DNA from: an uncultured bacterium
GTDB lineage: Bacteria; Verrucomicrobiota; Verrucomicrobiia; Limisphaerales; UBA8199
Reading direction: 5' to 3'
DNA: 64,000 bases
NCBI GenBank assembly: GCA_963749495.1
Contig: CAVVMW010000008.1
Span: 288,001 to 352,000 of the forward strand
Below are positions 51,807-61,038 of the stretch, piece after piece. Each line of letters opens with the position of its first letter. Within the stretch, counting starts at the first letter, position 1. Under the pieces are notes generated by a model. It did no database searches and was not told where the DNA came from. It saw only the letters and a list, made by a program, of their open reading frames with translations. The position numbers and the translations under genes were made by a program.

Positions 51807-53198
51807 ATGGCCAGACAAGAACACGATCTGATTGTGATTGGGGCCGGGCCGGGGGGCTACGTGGCGGCGATTCGCGCGGCGCAACTCGGGCTGAACGTGG
51901 CGTGCATCGAGGAAGAGGGGACCCTGGGCGGCACGTGCCTGCGCATCGGCTGCATCCCCAGCAAGGCCCTGCTGGAATCGAGCGAGCGCTATTGGGCGGC
52001 CCGCGAGGAGTTGGGCGCCCACGGCGTCCGCGCAGCCCAGGTAACGCTGGATCTGCCCGCGATGCTCCGCCGCAAAGAACAGGTGGTCGGCGCCTTGACC
52101 CGCGGGGTGGATGCCCTGTTCAAGAAGAACAAAATCACCCGCTACCACGGGCATGGCCGCATCGAGGGCGTGGGGCGCGTCTCTGTGGCGGCCTCCGAGG
52201 GGGCCTTCGAGCTGAAGGCAAAGTTGATTCTGATCGCGACCGGCAGCAAGCCAGCCACGCTGCCTGGTGTGACGCTGGATGGGGAGAGGGTCGGCACCAG
52301 CACCGAGGCGCTCTCCTATGCGCAGGTGCCCAAGCACCTGGTGGTGATCGGCGCGGGGTATATCGGCCTGGAGTTGGGCTCGGTCTGGCGGCGGCTCGGC
52401 GCGAAGGTCACCGTGCTCGAGTACCTGGACCGGATTCTCTTTGGCCTGGACACGGAGATGGCGGCAGAGGCGAAGAAGCTCTTCGAGCGGCAGGGCCTTG
52501 AGTTTCACCTGGGGCGCCGGGTCACCGCGGCGCGGGTCCGGGACGGCCAGTGCGTGGTCGAGAGCGAAGGGCAGGAGCCGATCCTCTGCGACCGGGTGCT
52601 GGTGGCCGCGGGGCGGGCGCCCAACACGGACCACCTCGGCCTCGACAACGCGGGCATCGAACTCCATGCCAAGGGGTTCATCCCTGTGAACGAACACTTT
52701 GCCACCAGCGCCGAGGGCATTTACGCCATCGGCGACGTCATCGCGGGGCCGATGCTGGCGCACAAGGCGGAGGAGGAGGGCATCGCGTGCGTGGAACGGC
52801 TGGTCACCGGATACGGCCACGTGAATTACGACGCCATTGCGGCCGTGGTCTATACGCAGCCGGAAATTGCGGGGGTGGGCAAGACCGAGGAGCAGTTGAA
52901 GGAAATGGGCAGGGGCTGCCGCAAGGGCATTTTCCCGTTCCGGGCCAGCGGCCGCGCCCGCGCCCTGGGGCACGTGGAAGGGCTCATCAAATTGCTCGCG
53001 GACGACAAGACGGACCGGGTTCTCGGCGTTCACATCCTGGGGCCGCGCGCCGGCGACCTGATCAACCAGGCCGCTGCCGCGCTCTGCTTTGGCGCCAGCA
53101 GCGAAGACCTTGCCCGCGTCTGCCAGGCCCACCCGACCCTGGGTGAGGCCCTGCGCGAAGCCGCCATGGCCGTCACGGGCCGCGCGATCCATGTCTGA
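51807..53198 (+). CDS. lpdA: Dihydrolipoyl dehydrogenase
   Basis: GAGPGGYVAAIRAAQLG, GGTCLRIGCIPSKAL, GPMLAHKAEEEG, HPTLGE. Confidence 0.95.
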   Translation: MARQEHDLIVIGAGPGGYVAAIRAAQLGLNVACIEEEGTLGGTCLRIGCIPSKALLESSERYWAAREELGAHGVRAAQVTLDLPAMLRRKEQVVGALTRGVDALFKKNKITRYHGHGRIEGVGRVSVAASEGAFELKAKLILIATGSKPATLPGVTLDGERVGTSTEALSYAQVPKHLVVIGAGYIGLELGSVWRRLGAKVTVLEYLDRILFGLDTEMAAEAKKLFERQGLEFHLGRRVTAARVRDGQCVVESEGQEPILCDRVLVAAGRAPNTDHLGLDNAGIELHAKGFIPVNEHFATSAEGIYAIGDVIAGPMLAHKAEEEGIACVERLVTGYGHVNYDAIAAVVYTQPEIAGVGKTEEQLKEMGRGCRKGIFPFRASGRARALGHVEGLIKLLADDKTDRVLGVHILGPRAGDLINQAAAALCFGASSEDLARVCQAHPTLGEALREAAMAVTGRAIHV

Positions 53199-53239
53199 GA
53201 GCGTGCCCGAAAAACCCGTCGGGATGAAAACTTTGTCGC

Positions 53240-53417
53240 AGCCTTTGTCGGCCCTCGGCAAGCCAGGCAATTGGACCGGCGTCAGGAAGCCCGCGAGGTT
53301 TTGGACTGCGCCAGTCCTCTGGCGCTTTCGCGTCCCCAGGGTCCGAAAAGCGGCAGAGGACTGCCGCAGTCCAAAACGCTTCGCGAGTTCGGACGCGCGC
53401 TCCCATCGCTCGGTTCG
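53240..53417. repeat. ~175-bp REP-like element, also at 57133-57311 and with its core at 51498-51590
   Basis: ttttggactgcg...cgcagtccaaaacgcttcgcgagttcggacgcgcgctcccatcgctcggttcg. Confidence 0.9.
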
Positions 53418-53525
53418 GCCGGGCTCGACAAAGATGAGATGCGCCCCCACGGCTTCCCCTCCGATCTTCGCCGTTGACAACCGCCTCGAACCCAACCTGA
53501 ATAGCTGTTGTCAGAGCTTTGAATC

Positions 53526-54136
53526 ATGAAAGCCGTTGCCATCAATGGAAGCCCGCGCAAGGGCGGGAACACCGAAATGCTCCTGAAAAAGGTGCTGGTG
53601 CCGCTGGCTGCCGCCGGCTGGGAAACCCAACTCATCCAGGTCGGGAGAGCCCCATCCGCGGGTGCCGGGCCTGTTACCAGTGTTTCGAGAAGAAGAATTC
53701 CCGGTGCAGCCAGCAGGACGAGCTTTTCGACCAGTGCTTCGAGAAGATGGTCGCCGCAGATGCGATCATTCTCGGCTCCCCGACATACTTCACCGACGTG
53801 ACCGCTGAAATGAAGGCGCTGCTGGATCGCGCCGGGCTGGTGGCGGTGGCCAACGGCGGGTTGTTCCGCGGCAAGATCGGGGCGGCCGTGGTGGCGGTCA
53901 GGCGGGGCGGGGGCACCCACGCCTTCGACACGATGAACCACATGTTTCTCATGTCCGGCGCCATCGTGCCGGGCTCGACGTATTGGAACCTCGGATTTGG
54001 CCGGGAGAAGGGCGAGGTTGCAAAGGACGACGAGGCCTCGCGGAACATGAAGGATCTGGGGCAAACCATCGCCTGGCTGGGTGAGGCGATTCATCAACAC
54101 GCCGGCAAGCGCACGGCCGCGCTGGTTCGCGAATGA
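53526..54136 (+). CDS. Flavodoxin-family / iron-sulfur flavoprotein; frameshift near 53655
   Basis: MKAVAINGSPRKGGNT, then GCRACYQC...C, ILGSPTYF, VAVRRGG. Confidence 0.85.
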
Positions 54137-54284
54137 GGTTCCAAGACAGCGGTCGTAGTTGGCTAACATTGGGAATGGGCAATTCTGAAGCGGCAGACAG
54201 GAAGCCGGCAGCGGGAGCGCCGGCAAACGCCGACCAGCTCCTGGCCCTGATGTATGATGAACTGCGCAAAGAAAAGAATGTCAT

Positions 54285-54860
54285 ATGAAAACTCGAAACC
54301 TCTTGGGAATCCTCGGAATTATCGTGCTGGCAGGCGCTTGTGTGCCGTCAGTGAACCCGTTCTACACGGAAAAGGATGTTGTCTTCGACGCCCGCCTGGT
54401 GGGCGAATGGCAGACCAAGGGCGACACCAACGACATCCAAACCTGGAAATTCGATAAGGCCGCAGACAATGCTTATACGCTTCTCGTGACCGAGAAGGAC
54501 CACAAGCAGGGCAAATTGGACGTCCACCTCTTCAAGATCGGCGGCCAACTCTTTCTCGATCTAATCCCGAACGACGTGCAGTTTTCACCTGAGCAGGCCG
54601 GCATCGTGGGGGCTGCGATGTTTCCCGGTCATTTGCTCCTGCGCGTGCCGCGGGTCGAACCGGCCTTGCAGCTCGCCTCGTGCGACTATGACTGGCTGGC
54701 CAAGTATCTCGAAGCCCATCCGGAGGCTCTCCCGCACCACAAGGAAGGGAACAGCCTGGTTTTAACCGCTCAAACCAAGGAGCTGCAGGCCTTTGTGACC
54801 CGGCATCTGGCTGAGATGTTCGGGAAGCCCGAAGACCTTGCGCGCCAGCCGGCCAAATGA
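54285..54860 (+). CDS. Hypothetical lipoprotein
   Basis: Lipobox LAGAC; CVPSVNPFYT...FDARLVGEW. Confidence 0.75.
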   Translation: MKTRNLLGILGIIVLAGACVPSVNPFYTEKDVVFDARLVGEWQTKGDTNDIQTWKFDKAADNAYTLLVTEKDHKQGKLDVHLFKIGGQLFLDLIPNDVQFSPEQAGIVGAAMFPGHLLLRVPRVEPALQLASCDYDWLAKYLEAHPEALPHHKEGNSLVLTAQTKELQAFVTRHLAEMFGKPEDLARQPAK

Positions 54861-54930
54861 GCGGGGCGCATCTATACTGTCTTTGCGTCCTTGCATTTTC
54901 GGCGGGGCTTGGGAAGATTCGGCGCGGATT

Positions 54931-56205
54931 ATGCGAACACACACTCATCGTCTCGGTTCTTGTGCGGCAGGCGCGGCGCTACTCCTTTTGCTGGGCGGCG
55001 CCACAAGGGCGGCGGCCAATGACTGGCCCCAATTTCGCGGGCCCAACAGAAACGACATCTCGCCCGAGACGGGTCTGCTCAAGGAATGGCCCGAGGGGGG
55101 GCCGCCCCTGCTTTGGAAGGCGGAGGGCCTGGGCGCGGGTTATTCGGGCGTGGCGGTGGTGGGGGAGCGCATTTATACGGCCGGGGACAAGGGAGAGTCG
55201 AGCTATGTGATCGCCCTCAACGGGGCGGACGGCAAGCCGGCCTGGACGGCCAGGCTCGGCAAGGCAGGCCCGGGAGAGGGCGGAGGGCAGCCCCAGTTCA
55301 ACGGGCCTCGGGCCACACCCACGCTCGATGGCGACCGGCTTTACGCCGTGAGCCAATGCGGGGAGCTGGTTTGCCTGGCGGCGGCCGACGGCAAGGAGTT
55401 GTGGCGGAAAGATTACGCAAAGGACTTGGGTGGCGTCTCTCCGCGCTGGGCCTATGCCGAATCAATCCTGGTGGACGGCCCGCGCGCGGTGTGTACGCCG
55501 GGCGGGGCCGACGGCGCCATGGTGGCGCTGGACAAGCAGACCGGCGCGGTGCTCTGGCGCAGCCAAGGTTTCACCGATGCGCCCCATTATTCGACGCCCA
55601 TCATCGCCGAGATCGGCGGCGTGCGGCAGTATATCCAACTGACCGCCCAGAGTGTCGCCGGCGTTGCCGCAGCGGATGGCAAACTGCTCTGGCGCGCCCC
55701 GCGGCGCGGCAATGTCGCCGTCATCCCCTCGCCCATTTATCACGACGGCTTTGTCTATGTCAGTTCCTCTTACGGGGCCGGGTGCAACCTGTTCAAGGTC
55801 ACCGCCGCCGACGGCAAGTTCTCGGCGGAGCAGGTCTATGCGAACAAGGTCATGTCCAACCACCACGGCGGCGTCATCCTCGTTGGCGATTGCCTCTACG
55901 GCCACTCCGAGGCCAAAGGCTGGACCTGCCAGGACTTCCAGTCGGGCGAGGCAAAATGGCAGGAGAAAAAGTTCGGCAAAGGCTCGGTGGTTTGTGCCGA
56001 CGGCCGCCTCTACCTGCGGCAGGAAGACAACCAGGGCACGGTCGCCCTCATCGAGGCCTCGCCCGAGGGCTACAAAGAACACGGCCGCTTCGATCAACCC
56101 AACCGCAGCACCAAGAACAGTTGGCCGCACCCGGTCATCGCCGGCGGCAGACTCTTCCTGCGCGACCAGGACGTCCTGCTTTGCTACGACGTGAAGGCTA
56201 AGTGA
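54931..56205 (+). CDS. PQQ-like beta-propeller protein
   Basis: DWPQFRGPNR, WPEGGPPLLW, GPRATPT, WPHPVIAGGRLFLRDQD. Confidence 0.88.
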   Translation: MRTHTHRLGSCAAGAALLLLLGGATRAAANDWPQFRGPNRNDISPETGLLKEWPEGGPPLLWKAEGLGAGYSGVAVVGERIYTAGDKGESSYVIALNGADGKPAWTARLGKAGPGEGGGQPQFNGPRATPTLDGDRLYAVSQCGELVCLAAADGKELWRKDYAKDLGGVSPRWAYAESILVDGPRAVCTPGGADGAMVALDKQTGAVLWRSQGFTDAPHYSTPIIAEIGGVRQYIQLTAQSVAGVAAADGKLLWRAPRRGNVAVIPSPIYHDGFVYVSSSYGAGCNLFKVTAADGKFSAEQVYANKVMSNHHGGVILVGDCLYGHSEAKGWTCQDFQSGEAKWQEKKFGKGSVVCADGRLYLRQEDNQGTVALIEASPEGYKEHGRFDQPNRSTKNSWPHPVIAGGRLFLRDQDVLLCYDVKAK

Positions 56206-57119
56206 GCGCGCGCAACCCCTCGGCCCCGCCCGGGATGAAGAAACGGACGGAAGGGACGAAAGCGACACAAGGGACGAAAGGGACGGGAGCACTCGCATTC
56301 GTCATCCGTCATTCGTCATTCGTCATTCGTCATTCGTCATTTCTGACCTGGCTCGTCGTATCGGTTCTCCTCTTGTGCGGGTGCGGGCCCTCCTCCCAGA
56401 GCCGGCGTCTCATCGGGCAACTGCGCTCGCCCAACGTCTCCGAGCGCCTCAAGGCGATTGCCGAGGCCGAGCAACACGCGGACGCGCCGGTGCGGGCGGA
56501 GTTGCTCCGCATCTTCCAGGAAGGGCGCGAGGTCCCAATCGTCCGCGGTTGCGCCGGCATGGCGCTGGGGCGCCTGCACGAGCAACGGGTCGTCCCGATC
56601 GTGCTCAAGGACCTCCCAGGGGCCATTCTGAACATCGGCAAAGCCGCCCCGGCGCGCAGCCTCGACGCCTACCTGCTGGGCAAGACGCTGCTGGCCTACG
56701 GACCGGAGAGCCTCCAACCCCTCTCGGCCCTGCTCCGGGATTCACACCAGCAGGTCGTGGCATGGACCATCATGCACCACGGGTTTTACCGGCACAGCAA
56801 CCGGGCGCTGGACGTGCTCGCCCATTACCTGGACGACCGGGACGTGATCCTCAGGCGTTCGGCCTCGTTCGGCCTGTCGCTGCTCGCCCACAAGCGCGCC
56901 GAGGAACTGGCCCTCCGCCACTTGGCCGACGCCAATCGCGACGTGCGCTACAACCTCGCCTGGGCCCTCCTGAATTTCGGCACCAGCCGAGGTGTCGCCC
57001 CCCTCCAGGCCAGGCTGGCCCAGGAGAAGGACCCCAACGTCCGGGACGAGATCACCAAGGCCCTGGTCGCCATGAAAGGCAGGCCGGTCCTCGCACCCCA
57101 GGGCACAAAATCCCAATAG
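56202..57119 (+). CDS. HEAT-repeat putative lipoprotein
   Basis: LLLCGC lipobox; repeated VR..A..AL motifs. Start uncertain. Confidence 0.65.
   Translation: MSARNPSAPPGMKKRTEGTKATQGTKGTGALAFVIRHSSFVIRHSSFLTWLVVSVLLLCGCGPSSQSRRLIGQLRSPNVSERLKAIAEAEQHADAPVRAELLRIFQEGREVPIVRGCAGMALGRLHEQRVVPIVLKDLPGAILNIGKAAPARSLDAYLLGKTLLAYGPESLQPLSALLRDSHQQVVAWTIMHHGFYRHSNRALDVLAHYLDDRDVILRRSASFGLSLLAHKRAEELALRHLADANRDVRYNLAWALLNFGTSRGVAPLQARLAQEKDPNVRDEITKALVAMKGRPVLAPQGTKSQ
56295..56342 (+). repeat. Heptamer tandem repeat (CATTCGT)n, in frame (FVIRHSSFVIRHSSF)
   Basis: Read directly from the sequence. Confidence 0.9.
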
Positions 57120-57132
57120 ACGAGCGTATCTC

Positions 57133-57311
57133 ACCTTTGTCGGCCATCGGCACGCCAGGCAACTGGAGCGCGGCCTCGGGAAACCCGCAAGGTTTTGGAC
57201 TGCGCCAGCCCTCTGGCGCTTTCGCATCCCCAGGGCCCGAAAAGCGGCAGAGGGCTGGCGCAGTCCAAAACGCTTCGCGAGTTCGGACGCGCGCTCCCAT
57301 CGCTCGGTTCG
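57133..57311. repeat. Second copy of the ~175-bp REP-like element
   Basis: Matches 53240-53417. Confidence 0.9.
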
Positions 57312-57354
57312 TTTGATCTTTGCCTTTTGAGGCATTTTCCGTCATGCTGGAGGC

Positions 57355-58585
57355 ATGGCGCCAGCATTGATAGCGGCCGGTGTGGTGGTGGTATTTGCCG
57401 GGGCCGGTTTCTTCTTTGCGCTCGCGGAAACGTCGCTCTTTTCGTTGAGCAAGTGGCAGGCCCCGCGCCTGGCGGAGCGGGCGCCCCGGCTGGGGGGCAT
57501 CGTGCAGGGCCTGCTCGCCAAGCCCCAGGACGTGCTGGCCACGATGGTGCTGGGCAACACGGTGGCCAGCGCCGCCATGCTCGCCACCGCCTTGTGGATG
57601 GCGATGACGGGCCGCTGGCCGTTTGTCCTGACGCTGGTGGGCCTGCTGGCTCTGACTTTGTTCGGCGGCGAAGTGCTGCCCAAGACGATGGCCGTGCGGG
57701 CGCCGGAGCGATGGGCGTTGCGCGTGGCCTTGCCGTTGCAGTGGGTGCTGAGCGTGAGCCTGCCGCTGTGCCGGCTGGGGCAGAGTCTCAATGCCGCCAT
57801 TCTCAGGGCAGCGGGCTCCAGGTCCACCCCGCCGCAGAGCGGCCTGACCGACGCGGATTACCAGGAACTGCTTGACCTGGCCTGTCAGCAGGGCGCCCTG
57901 GCCAAGTCGGAAAAGGACATCATCCTCCAGATCATCAGCCTGGACCTGCGCACGGCCAAAGAAGTCATGAAGCCCCGCTCCCAAATGGCCGTCATCCCGG
58001 ACGACCTCTCCGTCGAGGAAATGATCGCCGCCGCCCGCAAATACAAGCACCGCCGCCTCCCCATTTACGACGAAACCCCCGACACCATCGTCGGCATCCT
58101 CAACACCCGCGCCTTGCTGTTGGACCCCCAGATCAACCTGGCCGACGCCATCGAGTTGCCCTCGTTTGTGCCGGAGACGATGAACCTGCTGCAACTGCTC
58201 AAGAGCCTCCAGCGCCAGCAACGCGGCGTGGCCATCGTCCTGGACGAATTCGGCGGCACCGCCGGCATCGTCTCCACCGAGGACATCCTCGAAGAACTCA
58301 TCGGCCCGTTTCCCGGCGAGGTCCAGAGCCAGGGGTTCGTCATGGAAAAACTCGGCCCGGGACGCTGGCGCGTCGCGGGCACGCTGCGCCTGGATGATTT
58401 TCGCAGGGAATACCCGCCGCTGGGGGACGTGCCGGAAGTCGAGACCATGGGGGGCCTGCTGATGTACCTCCTGGAACGTGGTCCCCAATCCCGGGGACTC
58501 CGCCAGCTTCAGCGGCCTGCGCCTGACCGCCCAGGCGGCCGATGAAAGACGGGTCAGGGAGTTGACAGTGGAGGTGACGAAGTGA
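57355..58585 (+). CDS. CNNM/CorB (DUF21-CBS-CorC) membrane protein; frameshift near 58480
   Basis: FFALAETSLFSL, GEVLPK, VMKPR, VLDEFGGTAGIVSTEDILEELIG. Confidence 0.88.
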
Positions 58586-58625
58586 AAGCCAAGGGCACGA
58601 AAGGGATCGGTCTGCACTGTTAGGT

Positions 58626-59615
58626 ATGTACCCTGCCGCGCTCATCTGGGTGGTCATGTTGGTCTGCCTGGCGGTGTCGTTTCTGTTGTCGGGCATGGAG
58701 GCCGGGGTGTTTGCCCTGAGCCGGTTGCGGATTCGCCAGCAGATGCGCGCCGGGTTCCCTCCGGCCAAGCTGCTGCACAACTACCTGGAAAACCCGGAGA
58801 ACTTTCTTTGGACCATCCTGGTCGGCAACACCCTGGCCAATTTCCTCATCCTGGGCTGGCTGGTGGTGCTGTTGTACCGGACCCTGTCCTATCATCTGCT
58901 CCCCTTCATCCTGGTCTATACGGTCCTGGTCCTGCTCTTCTATGCCCTTTTCGATCTCCTGCCCAAGATGCTCTTTCGGGCCTATCCGACCCGGCTCTGC
59001 CTCTCGATGGCGCGCCCCTTTCGCGTCCTGCACATCCTGCTGCGGCCGCTGGTGGGCCTGGTCGAATCGGTCTCGGCCGTGTTGCTGCGCTGGCGCGGCG
59101 GCAAGGCCTTCACCGGCCATCTTTTCGGCAACCGGGAGGAACTGCGCCAGGTCATGCAGGAGTCCGCCCTGGCCTTCACCTCCGAAGAGCGGGCGATGAT
59201 CAATCGGGTCCTGGACCTTCCCGCCCTGACGGTTCGCCAGGCGATGAAGCCGATGGCCGATGTGGTCACCGTGACCACCCAGACCCGCATCAGCCAGGCC
59301 CTCCAACTCTACCGCGAGCGGACCTTCAGCCGCCTGCCCGTCCGTGAAAACCGCGACGGCCAGCAGCGCATCGTCGGCCTGCTCCACTGCAACTCCCTGC
59401 TCTACCAGGAGGACCTCGACCTGACGCGGCCCGCCGGGGAGTATGTGAAGCCGGCGCTTTACCTGGACGAGGACTTGCGGCTGGAGGTCGCGCTGCGCCG
59501 GCTGCAGCGCGGCGGCCAGCGCCTGGCCATCGTGCTCGGACGCGACCGCCGCGAGAGCGGCATCATCACCCTTCACCGCCTGCTCAGGGTCATCTTCGGC
59601 GAGGTGAGCCTTTGA
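58626..59615 (+). CDS. CNNM/CorB-like protein (DUF21 plus CBS, no CorC domain)
   Basis: SFLLSGMEAG, LVGNTLAN, DLLPK, FSRLPV. Confidence 0.85.
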   Translation: MYPAALIWVVMLVCLAVSFLLSGMEAGVFALSRLRIRQQMRAGFPPAKLLHNYLENPENFLWTILVGNTLANFLILGWLVVLLYRTLSYHLLPFILVYTVLVLLFYALFDLLPKMLFRAYPTRLCLSMARPFRVLHILLRPLVGLVESVSAVLLRWRGGKAFTGHLFGNREELRQVMQESALAFTSEERAMINRVLDLPALTVRQAMKPMADVVTVTTQTRISQALQLYRERTFSRLPVRENRDGQQRIVGLLHCNSLLYQEDLDLTRPAGEYVKPALYLDEDLRLEVALRRLQRGGQRLAIVLGRDRRESGIITLHRLLRVIFGEVSL

Positions 59616-59625
59616 GGGCGCGATC

Positions 59626-60966
59626 ATGCCCCTGGATTCGCTCATCACCATCGTCCTGAAGACCCTGCTGATTCTGGGGCTGATCGCGGTGAACGGTTTC
59701 TTCGTGGCGGCAGAATTCGCGCTGGTCAAGGTCCGCGAAACGCAGCTCGACGAGCTGGTTCTGCGGGGAAACCGCCGGGCGAAGCTCGCCCGCGCGGTCG
59801 TGGGCAACCTCAATTCGTTCCTGAGCGCCACCCAACTGGGCATCACCATGGCCAGCCTGGGGCTGGGCTGGGTCGGCCAGCCGGTCTTCGGTGCCCTGCT
59901 CTCGCCCTTGCTGCGCGCCTTGAATGTCGAGTCCGAGGCCCTGCGGGGCTCGATCTCCTTTGTCGTCGGGTTCTTCGTGCTGACCTTCCTGCACATTTGC
60001 GCGGGGGAATTGGCGCCCAAGTGGGCCGCCATTGCGAGGCCGCTGCCGATCGCCCTGCGGGTGACCCAGCCGCTGCGGTGGTTTTACCTCCTGTCCTATC
60101 CGCTGAACTGGCTGCTCAACCGCTCCGCGCAATGGCTGCTCAAGCAGGCGGGCCTCTCACCCGGCGGCGAGGCCAGGCGGGTCCACTCCGAGGAGGAACT
60201 GCGCCTGCTCTTGACCACCGCCCAGAAACAGGCCGGCGCCACCGCCCTGGGCCGGCTCCTGGTCCTCAACGCCCTGGACCTGCGCCACCGCCTGGCGCGC
60301 GAGGTCATGCGGCCCCGCCAGGAAATCGTCGTCCTGGATACCGACGCCAGCATCGCCCGATGCCTCGACCTGGCCGAGAAGACCCGATACTCCCGCTTTC
60401 CCCTTTGCGAAGCTGCCGACCTCGACAGGTCGCTCGGCGTCGTTCACATCAAGGACCTCTACGCCATGCGCCTGCGAGCCCGCCGCGGCGCCGACCTCCT
60501 GCCCGTCGCCCGCAAGCTCATCTATGTCCCGGAAACCGCCCACCTCGAAAAAATCCTCCGACTGCTCCTGGAGCGCAAACTCCACCTGGCCATCGTCGTG
60601 GACGAATACGGCGGCACCGTCGGCATGCTCACCCTCGAAAACATCCTCGAAGAACTCGTCGGCCAAATCCAGGACGAGTTCGACCAGGAAAAGCCGCTCC
60701 TGGTCCGGACCGGCGAGGGCGCCTGGGAAATCGCCGGCGCGCTCCCGCTTCATGAACTGGAGGGGCTCACCGGCGAGCCCCTCCGCCAGGAGGGCATCAC
60801 CACCGTCAGCGGCTGGGTGACCCATCGCCTGGGCGGCTTCCCCAAACCCGGCGACCTCCTCACCGCCGGCGCCTACGAACTGCGCGTCGAGGCCATGAAC
60901 GGCATGCGCGTCGCCAAGCTCAAGCTGGTCAAACGGGACACGGGAAACGTGAAACGTGAAACGTGA
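59626..60966 (+). CDS. Hemolysin-family / CNNM (DUF21-CBS-CorC) protein
   Basis: NGFFVAAEFALV, QLGITMASLGLGW, GELAPK, VDEYGGTVG, EELVGQIQDEFD. Confidence 0.92.
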   Translation: MPLDSLITIVLKTLLILGLIAVNGFFVAAEFALVKVRETQLDELVLRGNRRAKLARAVVGNLNSFLSATQLGITMASLGLGWVGQPVFGALLSPLLRALNVESEALRGSISFVVGFFVLTFLHICAGELAPKWAAIARPLPIALRVTQPLRWFYLLSYPLNWLLNRSAQWLLKQAGLSPGGEARRVHSEEELRLLLTTAQKQAGATALGRLLVLNALDLRHRLAREVMRPRQEIVVLDTDASIARCLDLAEKTRYSRFPLCEAADLDRSLGVVHIKDLYAMRLRARRGADLLPVARKLIYVPETAHLEKILRLLLERKLHLAIVVDEYGGTVGMLTLENILEELVGQIQDEFDQEKPLLVRTGEGAWEIAGALPLHELEGLTGEPLRQEGITTVSGWVTHRLGGFPKPGDLLTAGAYELRVEAMNGMRVAKLKLVKRDTGNVKRET

Positions 60967-61035
60967 AACGTGAACCTCTTCTTATGCCTCACGAGTTATC
61001 CATCGCTCTTCACGTTTCACGTTTCACGTTTCACG
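60944..61035. repeat. Inverted heptamer arrays (GAAACGT)4 / (ACGTTTC)n between convergent genes; possible bidirectional terminator
   Basis: Read directly from the sequence. Confidence 0.8.
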
Positions 61036-61038
61036 GTA

